A stretch of 64,000 bases of DNA from Alphaproteobacteria bacterium (GCA_024743275.1 JANSWW010000001.1:414300-478299), one strand, 5' to 3'; positions 26,342-36,686 are shown, numbered from the stretch's first letter. Notes: generated from the sequence alone by a model not told the origin. Translations and numbers: made by a program.

Positions 26342-27514
26342 ATGTCCGGGGACAATCACGGCGAAATCGTCATCAAAAAGGTCAAAAAGGGCGGTCATGG
26401 TGGACACCATGGCGGCGCTTGGAAGGTGGCCTATGCCGACTTCGTGACCGCGATGATGGCCTTCTTCCTGCTCTTGTGGCTGCTGAACGCGACGACGGAA
26501 GAGCAGAAGCTCGGCATCTCGAACTATTTCGATCCGACGGCGATCTCGCGGTCCACCCGCTCAGGCTCGGGCGGCGTGCTCGGGGGCATCTCGGTCACCG
26601 TTCCGGGCGCCCAGAAGTCCCCGTCCTCCCCGCCGACCATCTCGACTCCGGTGGCCGCGCGCCCCAACGCGGAGCAGACCGAGGCGATCGAGGCGGACTC
26701 AGACGATCCCGAGAACATCGAAAGCCGCTTTGGCGCCGACGAGGACGCCTTCGGGTCCAGCCAGTTCGAGTTAGGCACCGGCGATCTGGAAGGCGACAAG
26801 GGCAATTCCAGGGAACCGGGCACCGGCGGGACCGAGATCAAGTTCGGCGAAGGTGAGGAACAGGGCCTCACCCAGATCCGCGAGGGCGAAGGCGAGGATC
26901 AGGGCCTCTCCGACCGAAATGTCCGAGAAATCGCCAGGGACCAGCTCGACCGGCTGATCGAGGAACGCGAGCGCCAGGAATTCGAGAAGGTCGAGGCGCA
27001 GCTGAAGCAGGCGATCCAGGACACACCCGAACTGGAGGAACTGAAGGACAATCTCATCGTCGAGCAAACGCCGGAGGGCCTCAGAATCCAGATCGTCGAC
27101 CAGGAACAGCGCGCCATGTTCCCGAACGGCAGCGCCGACATGTTCGGTTATACCCAAGAGCTGATCGGCCAGGTCGCGACCATCGTCCAGCGGGTCCCCA
27201 ACAAGATGACGATCACCGGGCATACCGATGCTCTGCAGTTTGCCCCTGGCTCCGGCTATTCCAACTGGGAGCTTTCGGCCGACCGCGCGAATTCCAGCCG
27301 CCGGGCGCTGATCGATTCAGGCATCCCGGCCGAACGGATCGCCTGGGTCGTCGGCAAGGCGGACAACGATCCGCTGTTCCCGGAAGAGCCGACGTCGGCC
27401 CGGAACCGCCGCATCTCCATTGTGCTGCTGCGCGACTCGGTCCTGCGGGAGAGGCTCAACTCCTCCGAAGTCATCGAGGAGAGACAAAACAACGCCGCCG
27501 TCGTTTCCCAGTAG
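26342..27514 (+). CDS. motB: Flagellar stator protein MotB
   Basis: HHGGAWKVAYADFVTAMMAFFLLLWL; OmpA-like domain GHTD..NWELSADRA..NRRISI. Confidence 0.95.
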   Translation: MSGDNHGEIVIKKVKKGGHGGHHGGAWKVAYADFVTAMMAFFLLLWLLNATTEEQKLGISNYFDPTAISRSTRSGSGGVLGGISVTVPGAQKSPSSPPTISTPVAARPNAEQTEAIEADSDDPENIESRFGADEDAFGSSQFELGTGDLEGDKGNSREPGTGGTEIKFGEGEEQGLTQIREGEGEDQGLSDRNVREIARDQLDRLIEERERQEFEKVEAQLKQAIQDTPELEELKDNLIVEQTPEGLRIQIVDQEQRAMFPNGSADMFGYTQELIGQVATIVQRVPNKMTITGHTDALQFAPGSGYSNWELSADRANSSRRALIDSGIPAERIAWVVGKADNDPLFPEEPTSARNRRISIVLLRDSVLRERLNSSEVIEERQNNAAVVSQ

Positions 27515-27613
27515 GACTTCATCAAGGATTTGGTAATGCTTTTGCGGGACGCTTATCGAGAATTGATCGTCGGTCCCCCTTGCTCCCCTATGGTTTAGGA
27601 ACAGATCACTCAC

Positions 27614-28336
27614 ATGTTTCTCGGCAATTCTGGGCTTGGTCTTCCCATCGTCTTTTACCGCACCGCGCCGATGCCCTGTCCTTATCTGGGGGACAAGATC
27701 GAGCGCCGGCTGATCGCCGATCTCGGGAAACCCGCCACCAAACAGGCCTATTCCACCCTCGCCGTCGCCGGGTTCCGGCGGTCGCAGAACATGATCTATC
27801 GGCCGGCCTGCCCGAACTGCAACGCCTGCCAGCCCGTTCGCATCGTGGTCGACGGCTTCAAACCGTCGAAGAGCCAGCGCCGGATCCTCAATCGCAACGC
27901 CCATCTGAGCGCCCGTGAGGTCGAGAACAACGCGACTTGGGAACAATACCGCCTGTTCTCGGCCTATCAGTCCCGGCGCCATTCCGGCGGCGAGATGTCC
28001 TTTATGACCTTCGACGACTACCGCGACATGATCGAGATCTCGCCGATCGCGACCTGGATGATCGAATACCGGGATCCAGACGGGGTGCTCGCGGCCTGCA
28101 TGCTGGTCGACGACCAGTCGGACGGCCTGTCGGCGGTCTACAGCTTTTTCGATCCCGAACTGGAAACGGACGGCCTGGGCACTTTGATGGTGCTCGACAT
28201 GGTCGAACAGACACGCAAGGCGGGGCTGCCCTATCTTTACCTCGGCTTTTTCGTACAGGGCAGTCGTAAGATGTCCTACAAGCGACGGTTCAAACCACTG
28301 GAAGCACTGGGCCAAGATGGCTGGCAACCCATCTAA
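27614..28336 (+). CDS. ate: Arginyltransferase family protein (Ate/Bpt, Asp/Glu leucyltransferase)
   Basis: CPYL, GFRRSQ..YRPAC..C.AC, GLSAVYSFFDP, YLYLGF..KMSYK. Confidence 0.9.
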   Translation: MFLGNSGLGLPIVFYRTAPMPCPYLGDKIERRLIADLGKPATKQAYSTLAVAGFRRSQNMIYRPACPNCNACQPVRIVVDGFKPSKSQRRILNRNAHLSAREVENNATWEQYRLFSAYQSRRHSGGEMSFMTFDDYRDMIEISPIATWMIEYRDPDGVLAACMLVDDQSDGLSAVYSFFDPELETDGLGTLMVLDMVEQTRKAGLPYLYLGFFVQGSRKMSYKRRFKPLEALGQDGWQPI

Positions 28337-28710
28337 TCACCCCCTGCTCCCCTTGGGTATAAAGCATTAACCAATCCATATCCGATTTTGATATGGAATA
28401 GCCACCCAAGACAGCCGCCAAATCTCTTGGCGGATACCGGGTTTCTGTGCCCGAATAGCTATACACTGGCTTAAATCGCCCCCGCCCCCTTCTTATAGTT
28501 AACAATTAATGGGCAACGGCCACCGATTTTTCTTTTTGCGCAACTTCTAAACAAAAGAATTTCGGCTCAAGGCCGGTTGCGTCTTGCGTTTCGCTTGAAA
28601 GATATGTCTTATTGCGCCGAATTGGTCGCGCTATGGGACCGATTTGGTTAACCAAGACGGATCGGGCGTTCATATGGCCGCCCGGCCAACCTTTGAACAG
28701 GGAGCTACCT

Positions 28711-29805
28711 ATGAAGCGTCGTGACTTCATCAAAACCGCGGGCGTCGCCGGTATTGCGACCGCCGCCAGCACGATCGCGGCCCCCGCCATTGCGCAGGGC
28801 CGTAAAGAAATGGTGATCGTGAGCACCTGGCCGCGGGACTTCCCCGGTCTCGGTCTCAGCGCCCAGCGCCTGGCCGCCCGGATCACCGAACTGACCGAGG
28901 GTTCGATCACCACCCAGTATTTCGCGGCTGGTGAACGTGTCGGCGCCTTCGACGTGTTCGACGAAGTGGCCGGCGGCAACGCCCAGGCCTACATCGCCGC
29001 CGATTACTACTGGAAGGGCAAGCATCCGGGCTGGGCCTACTTCACCTCCGTGCCGTTCGGCATGACCACCATCGAGTGGAACGCCTGGATCAAGTTCAAG
29101 GGCGGTCAGGCCCTCTGGGACGAGATCGGCGGTGAATTCGGCCTCAAGTGCCTGCCGTGCGGCGCCACCGGCACCCAGATGGGCGGCTGGTTCAACAAAG
29201 AAATCGAAAGCGCCGACGACCTCAAGGGTCTGAAGATGCGTATCCCGGGCCTCGGCAACGACGTGATGGCCAAGCTCGGCGCCTCCCCGGTCTCGCTGCC
29301 GGGCGGTCAGATCTATGAGAACCTCGTTTCCGGCGCCATCGACGCCACCGAGTGGGTCGGCCCGTACAACGACTACTTCATGAAGTTCTACGAGGCGGCG
29401 AAGTACTACTACCACCCGGGCTTCCACGAGCCGGGCGGCGGTCTGTCCATGGGCATGAACGCTTCCTGGTGGGGCAGCCTCACACAGTCGGAAAAGAACA
29501 TCATCACCGCTGCGTCCATGGAAGAGCATGCCGCGCAGTACGAAGAGACGATGGCGTTCAACGGCGAGTATCTCTCCCGCCTGATCAACGATCATGGCGT
29601 CGAGCTGAAGCGCTTCTCCGAAGACACCTACGACGCCTTCGGCGAAGCCGCGGCCGAGGTCTTCGAAGAGACCCGCGATCACTCGGCTCTCGCCAAGAAG
29701 ATCGACGACAACTTCCAGGCGTCGCTGCGTGAGCTCGGCTATTACCAGAGCATCGCGGAAGTGGCCTACTCGGTCGAGCGGAACCGCGTTCTCGGCATCG
29801 AGTAA
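28711..29805 (+). CDS. dctP: TRAP transporter substrate-binding protein (DctP; TakP/keto-acid-like subfamily) with a Tat signal
   Basis: MKRRDFIK..AAPAIAQ, YYWKGK, QMGGWFNKEI, GLKMRIPGLG, IDATEWVGPYND; GGAG RBS. Confidence 0.93.
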   Translation: MKRRDFIKTAGVAGIATAASTIAAPAIAQGRKEMVIVSTWPRDFPGLGLSAQRLAARITELTEGSITTQYFAAGERVGAFDVFDEVAGGNAQAYIAADYYWKGKHPGWAYFTSVPFGMTTIEWNAWIKFKGGQALWDEIGGEFGLKCLPCGATGTQMGGWFNKEIESADDLKGLKMRIPGLGNDVMAKLGASPVSLPGGQIYENLVSGAIDATEWVGPYNDYFMKFYEAAKYYYHPGFHEPGGGLSMGMNASWWGSLTQSEKNIITAASMEEHAAQYEETMAFNGEYLSRLINDHGVELKRFSEDTYDAFGEAAAEVFEETRDHSALAKKIDDNFQASLRELGYYQSIAEVAYSVERNRVLGIE

Positions 29806-29827
29806 TCGCTCGGTCAAACAACTATTT

Positions 29828-29859
29828 CAGACGGGGTCCTCGGACCCCGTCTGTCTTTA
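29828..29859 (+). terminator. Stem-loop between dctP and dctQ (partial terminator or mRNA stabiliser)
   Basis: 12-bp inverted repeat CAGACGGGGTCC-tc-GGACCCCGTCTG followed by tcttta. Confidence 0.7.
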
Positions 29860-29874
29860 TTGGTGGTCTTGCAA

Positions 29875-30930
29875 ATGGCTAATGTAGACAACGCCGGCAC
29901 CGAGCCGCACCACATTCCGGTTCATCACGGCACGCCCCGGTTTTTCTCGACGCCCGTACTGCGATGGTTGGCCTGGAGCCACGTCTTTTTCACCTTCACC
30001 TATTTGATCGAAAACTATCTCGTGGTCTGGCAGAGCTGGCCCGGCTCGATCGCCTTCTTCCGCCATTTCGGCCTATTGGGAGAGGCCGCGCCGCTCGAAA
30101 GCGGTCTCGCGCTCTCCGCGATCTGTATTCTGCTCTATCTATCCTGTTTCGCCCTTTCCTATGTGATGGTGATGCGGTCGCGGGACGTCACCCTGCGGGC
30201 CTCTTCCATGAGCGTCGCCTCGGTCACCAACTACATCATCCGGTCCGTCTTCTGGGCGGTTCTGCTGGTCGGCCTGGTCGACATCACGGTTTCCTTCCTG
30301 CGGGTCGAAGGGTTGCTGGAAGCCTGGTTCGGGCAGCAGATGGCCTCAGATCTCGGCCGGTCCGCCTATCGCGGCGCCTACGTCCACTTCCCGCTTGTGA
30401 TCGCCGGCTTCGTGATCGGCGCCTTCAGCCGCACCCTCGGCTTCCCGTGGCTGGCGCTGCTGGTGGTCATCGCCGAGCTGACCATCGTGATCGGCCGCTT
30501 CGTGTTTTCCTACGAGCAGGCCTTCCAGGGCGACCTGGTCCGCTTCTGGTATGCGGCCCTGTTCCTGTTCGCCAGCGCCTACACGCTCTTCGAAGACGGC
30601 CATGTGCGGGTCGACGTGCTCTACAGCACCTTCGACCGACCGCTCAAAGGCACGGTCAACGCCTTCGGCTGCATCGTTCTCGGAATGACGATGTGCTGGG
30701 TGGTGATCTTCTTCGGCATGGCCGACAAGACCTCGATCATCAACACGCCGATCGCCAATTTCGAGGTGAGCCAGTCCGGCTTCGGAATGTATGTGAAGTT
30801 CTGGATGGCCGGCTTCCTGGCGATCTTCGCGGTCGCGATGAACCTGCAATTCACCAGCTATTTCCTGGAGAGCGTCGCCGACCGGCGCAGCGAACCCGGT
30901 GCGCGGGAAGTCGCGGCCATCATGCATTGA
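29875..30930 (+). CDS. dctQ: TRAP small permease DctQ with an N-terminal membrane extension
   Basis: C-terminal half has AYTLFEDGHVRVDVLY; position between dctP and dctM. Confidence 0.88.
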   Translation: MANVDNAGTEPHHIPVHHGTPRFFSTPVLRWLAWSHVFFTFTYLIENYLVVWQSWPGSIAFFRHFGLLGEAAPLESGLALSAICILLYLSCFALSYVMVMRSRDVTLRASSMSVASVTNYIIRSVFWAVLLVGLVDITVSFLRVEGLLEAWFGQQMASDLGRSAYRGAYVHFPLVIAGFVIGAFSRTLGFPWLALLVVIAELTIVIGRFVFSYEQAFQGDLVRFWYAALFLFASAYTLFEDGHVRVDVLYSTFDRPLKGTVNAFGCIVLGMTMCWVVIFFGMADKTSIINTPIANFEVSQSGFGMYVKFWMAGFLAIFAVAMNLQFTSYFLESVADRRSEPGAREVAAIMH

Positions 30931-31036
30931 TCGACCGGCATAGAAACGGCGACATCGAAAACGGCGCCCCGAGGATCCAAGAACACCAGGGGCGCGAGAC
31001 AACCGGAACGGACGTACTTAAGAAAGATCACGGTCA

Positions 31037-33697
31037 ATGGAACTTCTCTTCCTAGCCCTTCTGGTCATCCTCATGGCAGGCGCGCTCGCCAGCGGCTTCC
31101 CGGTCGCCTTCGCGCTGCCCGGAGCCGCCATCATCTCCATCATGGCGGCGGGCGTTTCCGGTTACCTGTTCGCCGGCAATGTCGACGCCTTCTTCCATCA
31201 AGGCGGACCGTCCAACTGGTTGAGCGCGGGTGTCACGAACTTTAGAGGCATCTACTGGGAGGCGGAGCGAGATACGCTCATCGCCATCCCGCTGTTCGTG
31301 TTCATGGGGATCATGCTGCAGCGCTCAAAGGTCGCCGAGGACCTCTTGGTCACCATGGCCCAGCTCTTCGGTCCGATCCGGGGCGGCCTGGGGATTTCGG
31401 TCGTCTTCGTGGGCGCGCTGCTCGCCGCCACCACTGGCATTCTCGGCGCGACCGTGGTCGCCATGGGCCTGATCTCCCTGCCGGCGATGCTGCGGAACAA
31501 CTACTCCCACCCGCTGGCGACCGGCACCATCGCCGCGTCCGGCACTCTGGGCCAGATCATCCCGCCGTCCATCGTCCTCATCATTCTGGCCGACCAGCTG
31601 TCCAGCGCCGTCGACCAGGCCGGCACCGCGCGTCAGAACATCTACAAGGAAGTCACCGGCGAACTCTCGATGCCCAGCGAATTCGCCGTCACCTCGACCA
31701 GCGCCGGCGACATGTTCATGGGCGCCGTCCTGCCGGGCCTGGTCCTGGTCGGGCTCTACATGCTGTTCATTCTGATCTCTTCGATCATCAAGCCGAAGTT
31801 GGCCCCGGCCGTGCCCTTTGACGGCGAATACGACCGCAAGTTCGCCCTCAAGGTCGTGCTCGCCCTGGTGCCGCCGCTGACCCTGATCTTCGCCGTCCTC
31901 GGCTCGATCATCACCGGCATCGCGACCGTCAACCAGGCTGGCGCCATCGGGGCGGCCGGCGCCATGATCATGGCCGGCTACCGTCTGACCGCCGGCAAGC
32001 CCGGCTGTTTCCGGCCGGCGATCTTGGCGATCATTTCGGTGATCACGCTGGCCGTCGTCGCCAACATCTACGAAGTCAATGTGCGCCGGATCGAGACCGC
32101 CGCGGACACGACGGGCCTGGTGCTCGCCGTCATCGCCGCGGTCGGCTTCCTCACCGCGCTGGCCTGGAGCGGCTGGCGGATCTTCAAGATCGACAACACC
32201 CTGCAAGGGGTGATGATGGAGACCGCCAAGACGACGTCGCTGGTCTTCATCATCCTGCTGGGCGCCGCGATGCTGACCGCCGCGTTCCGTGCCTTTGGCG
32301 GGGAAGAACTGGTCCGTGACTTCCTGGGGGGCCTTCCCGGAGGCTTTTGGACCCAGTTCATCATCGTGATGCTGGTTATCTTCCTGCTCGGCTTCTTCCT
32401 CGACTTCATCGAGATCGCCGTGGTGGTGGTGCCGATCGTCGCCCCGATCCTGCTCGCCGATCCGGAGGCCAACATCACCGCGGTCTGGCTCGGTGTCATG
32501 ATCGGGATGAACATCCAAACCTCGTTCCTGACACCGCCCTTCGGCTTCGCGCTTTTCTATCTGCGCGGCGTGGCCCCGAAGGTGATCAAGACCGTGTCGA
32601 TGTATAAGGGCGTGATACCGTTCATCTGCCTGCAGCTCTTCGCGCTGGCCATCGTCGGCTACTTCCCGCCGCTGGTGAACTATCTGCCGAACCGGACGTC
32701 ACTGATCGGGGAGACCGCACCGCCGCCGAAGAATCCGCGTCTGCAATACTGCATCGAGAATTATCTGGCGGTTCAGTACGTCGCCCAAGGTCCTCAGATC
32801 GCCGCCCTGATCGACGAGGCGAAGACCTGGGATCTCTCCGCCCTGCCGAATCGGGACGCGGATGATCTCGCCGAGGCCATCGAGAAGGCGGGCACCGTGC
32901 CGGGGCTGATGGCCGCGGCCGTCGCGGCCAAGGACGCGATCGATGTGGCGGACCCGGGCTACCGACCGCTGCATGAGGGCGTGCGCCGCCTGCAGGCGAA
33001 GATCCGCGATCTCAACGAGAAGATCGAGGATAAGACCCGCCTCGCCGGCCAACTCGAAGGCTTCGAGGAGACCCAGGAGCGGGCCGCCCGCTACCGCGAG
33101 GATGTCGAGGAGTACATCGTCGACCGCGACGCCATGCTGGCCGAGATCCCGGCGGAATGGGAAGCGGAGCACGCCGAGTTCGTGAAGATCCTCGAGGTCG
33201 AGAAGAAGGCCCGGACGACCTATCGCCGGACCGCCGACCAGGCCTACGACCCGCTGCCCGAACTCATGCTGAAGCTCCGGGATGTCGATGCCCTCGCTGC
33301 GCTTCGCGGCGAACTCGACAAGCTGGAGGCCTTCATCAAGGAAGAGACCACCGACGCCGAGCAGGAAGCCATCAAGGCGATCGAAGACGTGATCTCGGAC
33401 GTCGAGGGCACCAGCAAGGTGAAGTCCGCGGTCTCCAGCATGCGCCGCGATCTCCGGCCGGGCCGGGTCAAGATCGAGGACGCCCGGGAGGAACTGGCCG
33501 AAGCCTATGAGGAGTTCGAAAAGGAACTCGCCTGGCGTCAGGCCGCCGCCCCCGACCTGCTGCCGAAGCTGGAGCGTCTCGAGGCCGGCATCCGCCTGAC
33601 CATCGGCCTGCGTCAGCAGGACAAGATGCCGCGCGATATCGCCCTCGAGGTCGCGAAATGCGAGGCCAACCACCGGGATATCTCCCTCTACTTCTAG
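31037..33697 (+). CDS. dctM: TRAP large permease DctM with insertions and a long C-terminal helical extension
   Basis: GFPVAFAL, LIAIPLFVFMG, GTLGQIIPPSIVL, QTSFLTPPFGFALFYLRGVAP. Confidence 0.92.
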   Translation: MELLFLALLVILMAGALASGFPVAFALPGAAIISIMAAGVSGYLFAGNVDAFFHQGGPSNWLSAGVTNFRGIYWEAERDTLIAIPLFVFMGIMLQRSKVAEDLLVTMAQLFGPIRGGLGISVVFVGALLAATTGILGATVVAMGLISLPAMLRNNYSHPLATGTIAASGTLGQIIPPSIVLIILADQLSSAVDQAGTARQNIYKEVTGELSMPSEFAVTSTSAGDMFMGAVLPGLVLVGLYMLFILISSIIKPKLAPAVPFDGEYDRKFALKVVLALVPPLTLIFAVLGSIITGIATVNQAGAIGAAGAMIMAGYRLTAGKPGCFRPAILAIISVITLAVVANIYEVNVRRIETAADTTGLVLAVIAAVGFLTALAWSGWRIFKIDNTLQGVMMETAKTTSLVFIILLGAAMLTAAFRAFGGEELVRDFLGGLPGGFWTQFIIVMLVIFLLGFFLDFIEIAVVVVPIVAPILLADPEANITAVWLGVMIGMNIQTSFLTPPFGFALFYLRGVAPKVIKTVSMYKGVIPFICLQLFALAIVGYFPPLVNYLPNRTSLIGETAPPPKNPRLQYCIENYLAVQYVAQGPQIAALIDEAKTWDLSALPNRDADDLAEAIEKAGTVPGLMAAAVAAKDAIDVADPGYRPLHEGVRRLQAKIRDLNEKIEDKTRLAGQLEGFEETQERAARYREDVEEYIVDRDAMLAEIPAEWEAEHAEFVKILEVEKKARTTYRRTADQAYDPLPELMLKLRDVDALAALRGELDKLEAFIKEETTDAEQEAIKAIEDVISDVEGTSKVKSAVSSMRRDLRPGRVKIEDAREELAEAYEEFEKELAWRQAAAPDLLPKLERLEAGIRLTIGLRQQDKMPRDIALEVAKCEANHRDISLYF

Positions 33698-33707
33698 GAA
33701 GTATTCC

Positions 33708-34196
33708 GTGCGGAACCCGCTGGAGATCACCTACCGGGAAATGACAGAGGCGGACATCGAAGCCGCCTTTGTCGCCCGCACGTCGACCATCGAGAACCCG
33801 ATCACACGGGAACGGCTGGAAACCCAGTACAACATCACGCCGGAAACCTGGGCGGCCAACCTCAAGGGGCCGCAGAAGGGCTGGGTGGCGATCTGCCGGG
33901 AGGATGTGGTCGGCTTCTCGGTCGCCGACAAGGAAGAGGGCGAGGTCAAGGCGCTGGCCGTGATCCCCGCCTTCGAGGGTCACAATGCCGGCCGCACGCT
34001 CCTCAAGCTCGCCTGCCTGTGGCTGTTCGATCAGGGCTTCGAGACCCTCAAGCTGCTGTCGAACCCCGATCCCCGCATCCGGGCCTTCAGCTTCTACCGC
34101 CGGCTCGGCTGGAAACCGATCGGCGAGATGTACGGCGAGGACGAGGTCCTGACTCTGACCCACGACGAATTCCGCCACCACGTGGATTATCTCTAA
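33708..34196 (+). CDS. GNAT family N-acetyltransferase
   Basis: ALAVIPAFEGHNAGRTLL acetyl-CoA motif; RAFSFYRRLGW. Confidence 0.85.
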   Translation: MRNPLEITYREMTEADIEAAFVARTSTIENPITRERLETQYNITPETWAANLKGPQKGWVAICREDVVGFSVADKEEGEVKALAVIPAFEGHNAGRTLLKLACLWLFDQGFETLKLLSNPDPRIRAFSFYRRLGWKPIGEMYGEDEVLTLTHDEFRHHVDYL

Positions 34197-34375
34197 AGGG
34201 CATCGATTGAAGGGGCGGGTCCTCTGCGTTTGATTCTCTGGGCCAATCCACGTTTATACAAGGGAGCACGCGTGCGATCCCGTTGCCATTTTGAGGGGAA
34301 GGCCGAGCCGGAGCGGTTACGCAAAACCGCATTCCATCGAGACCGGGATCGCAAAGGCCGGTTCAGCTAGAGCCA

Positions 34376-36619
34376 CTACCCGTCAGATTTCACCGGGGCG
34401 AACTTGTTGTCGCGCGGGAAGCCATGCGGGGCCATGGCGCCGGCGGTCGCCCGGTTGGCCTGCCAGCGGGCGAGGTCCGGTTCGGTCCGCACGCCGGCCT
34501 TGGCCTGCCAGGACAGCCCCTCCGACAGGGTCACCGTCGTCACATCGCCGAGGCCGCCGTCCTTATAGCGCTGCAGGATCACGCCGCGTCCCCGCTGCAT
34601 GGGCGGAAGCTGCTCCAGCGGGAAGACCAGCATCTTGCGGTTCTCGCCGATCACGACGACCGAATCGCCGACGGCCGGGATCACGGTCTGAAGCGTGGCG
34701 CCCTTCGACGGGGTCATCACCTGGCGGCCGGTCCGGGTCTGGGCGGCGACATCCTTCGCCGCCACCTGGAAGCCCCGCCCGTCCGACGAGGCGAGGATCA
34801 GGGTCTCCGTCTCGTTCAAGACACGGATCGCGACTACCTCGGCGCCGTCGGCGAGATCAATGCTGATCTTCAAAGGCTCGCCGAAGCCCCGTCCCGGCGG
34901 CAACTTGTCCGCCGGCAGGGTGAAGAAGCGGCCATCCGAGGCGACGACGAGGATCTTGTCGGTGGTCTGGGCATGGAGCGAGAACCGGCCCTCGTCCCCT
35001 TCCTTATAGCGGACATCGGACACGTCCTTGAGATGACCGCGGGCCGCCTTGATCCAGGACTTCTTGGACAGAAGGACGGTGATCGGTTCCTTCTCGACGA
35101 AAGCGTCGACACTGATCTCGGTCTCCTCGACCGCGCCGGCGATATCGGTGCGGCGGGTCCAGACCGCCTTGTCCTTGGCGAGGGATTTGCGCAGGTCGCC
35201 GAGCTCCGTATGGATCGCGGTCCAGCGGCGGTCCTCCCGTTCCAGAAGATCGGTGAGATCCGCCTGCTCCTCCTTCAGGGCGTCGTATTCCTTGCGGATC
35301 TCCATCTCTTCCAGCTTCCGGAGATTGCGCAGGCGCATGTTGAGGACGGCGTCGGCCTGTACCTCGGTCAGATCGAAGGCGGCGATAAGGTCCCGCTTCG
35401 GCTCGTCCTCCTCCCGGATGATGCGGATCACCTCGTCGAGATTGAGATAGGCGACGAGATAGCCCGACAGTACCTCCAACCGCGCGGCGATCTTCCCGAG
35501 GCGGTGGCGGGTGCGCCGCTCCAAGACTTCGAGCCGGTGGTCGAGAAAGGCGCGCAAGACCTGCTGCAGGCCCATGACGCGCGGCACCTGGTCGGCGCCC
35601 AACACGTTCATGTTAAGGGCGAACTTGTTCTCCAGGTCGGTCACCCGATAGAGGCTTTCCATCAGGACGGCCGGGTCGACGTTGCGGCTCTTCGGCTCCA
35701 GGACGATCCGCACATCCTCGGTGCTCTCGTCCAGCACGTCGGCCAGCAGCGGCAGTTTCCGCTGGTTCAGCAGGTCGGCGATCCGCTCGATGAGCCGGGA
35801 TTTCTGCACCTGATAGGGAATTTCGGTGACGATGACCTTGTAGGTCCCGCCCTTGCCCTCTTCCTTTTCCCATTTGGCCCGGACCCGGAAGCTGCCCCGG
35901 CCGGTCGCGTAGGCCTCGCGGATATTGGCCGGATCCTCGACCAGAATGCCGCCGGTCGGAAAGTCCGGCCCGGGCATCTTCTTCAACAGGGTGTCGAGGC
36001 TGGCGTCGGGATGCTTGATCATGTGTTGGGCGGCGGCGATCACCTCGTCGGCGTTGTGCGGCGGGATCGAGGTGGCCATGCCGACGGCGATGCCCTGGGC
36101 ACCGTTCGCCAGGAGATTCGGGAAACCGGCCGGGAGAACCACCGGCTCCTCCCCCTCGCCGTCATAGGTCGGGCGGTAGTCGACCGCGTCCTCGTTGATG
36201 CCCTCCAGCATCGCCTGGGCGATCGGGGTCAGCCGCGCCTCCGTATAGCGCATGGCCGCCGCGTTATCGCCGTCGATGTTGCCGAAGTTTCCCTGGCCGT
36301 CGATCAGCGGATAGCGCTGGGCGAAATCCTGGGCGAGACGGACCAGGGCGTCATAGATCGACTGGTCGCCATGGGGGTGATAGCGGCCGATCACCTCGCC
36401 GACCACACGCGCGCTCTTTTTCGGCCCCTTGGACGGATCGAGCCCCAATTCCCGCATCGCATAGAGCAGCCGCCGGTGTACCGGCTTCAGCCCGTCCCGC
36501 ACATCCGGCAGGGAGCGTGACACGATGGTCGACAGGGCATAGGCCAGATAGCGCTCGCTCAACGCCTCCGACAGGGATACCGGGCGGGCCCGGTCGTCGT
36601 CCAGGACCAGATCGCTCAT
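34376..36619 (-). CDS. parC: DNA topoisomerase IV subunit A
   Basis: RSLPDVRDGLKPVHRR, YHPHGD, AAMRYTEARL; 747 aa with a short C-terminal domain and no GyrA box; follows recO. Confidence 0.95.
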   Translation of the reverse strand: MSDLVLDDDRARPVSLSEALSERYLAYALSTIVSRSLPDVRDGLKPVHRRLLYAMRELGLDPSKGPKKSARVVGEVIGRYHPHGDQSIYDALVRLAQDFAQRYPLIDGQGNFGNIDGDNAAAMRYTEARLTPIAQAMLEGINEDAVDYRPTYDGEGEEPVVLPAGFPNLLANGAQGIAVGMATSIPPHNADEVIAAAQHMIKHPDASLDTLLKKMPGPDFPTGGILVEDPANIREAYATGRGSFRVRAKWEKEEGKGGTYKVIVTEIPYQVQKSRLIERIADLLNQRKLPLLADVLDESTEDVRIVLEPKSRNVDPAVLMESLYRVTDLENKFALNMNVLGADQVPRVMGLQQVLRAFLDHRLEVLERRTRHRLGKIAARLEVLSGYLVAYLNLDEVIRIIREEDEPKRDLIAAFDLTEVQADAVLNMRLRNLRKLEEMEIRKEYDALKEEQADLTDLLEREDRRWTAIHTELGDLRKSLAKDKAVWTRRTDIAGAVEETEISVDAFVEKEPITVLLSKKSWIKAARGHLKDVSDVRYKEGDEGRFSLHAQTTDKILVVASDGRFFTLPADKLPPGRGFGEPLKISIDLADGAEVVAIRVLNETETLILASSDGRGFQVAAKDVAAQTRTGRQVMTPSKGATLQTVIPAVGDSVVVIGENRKMLVFPLEQLPPMQRGRGVILQRYKDGGLGDVTTVTLSEGLSWQAKAGVRTEPDLARWQANRATAGAMAPHGFPRDNKFAPVKSDG

Positions 36620-36686
36620 GGTCAGTTCCTCAAGATATGGCAGTCAGCCAATCGGCGGACCTCTAGATACAGTAGCTTTCCCGCTG

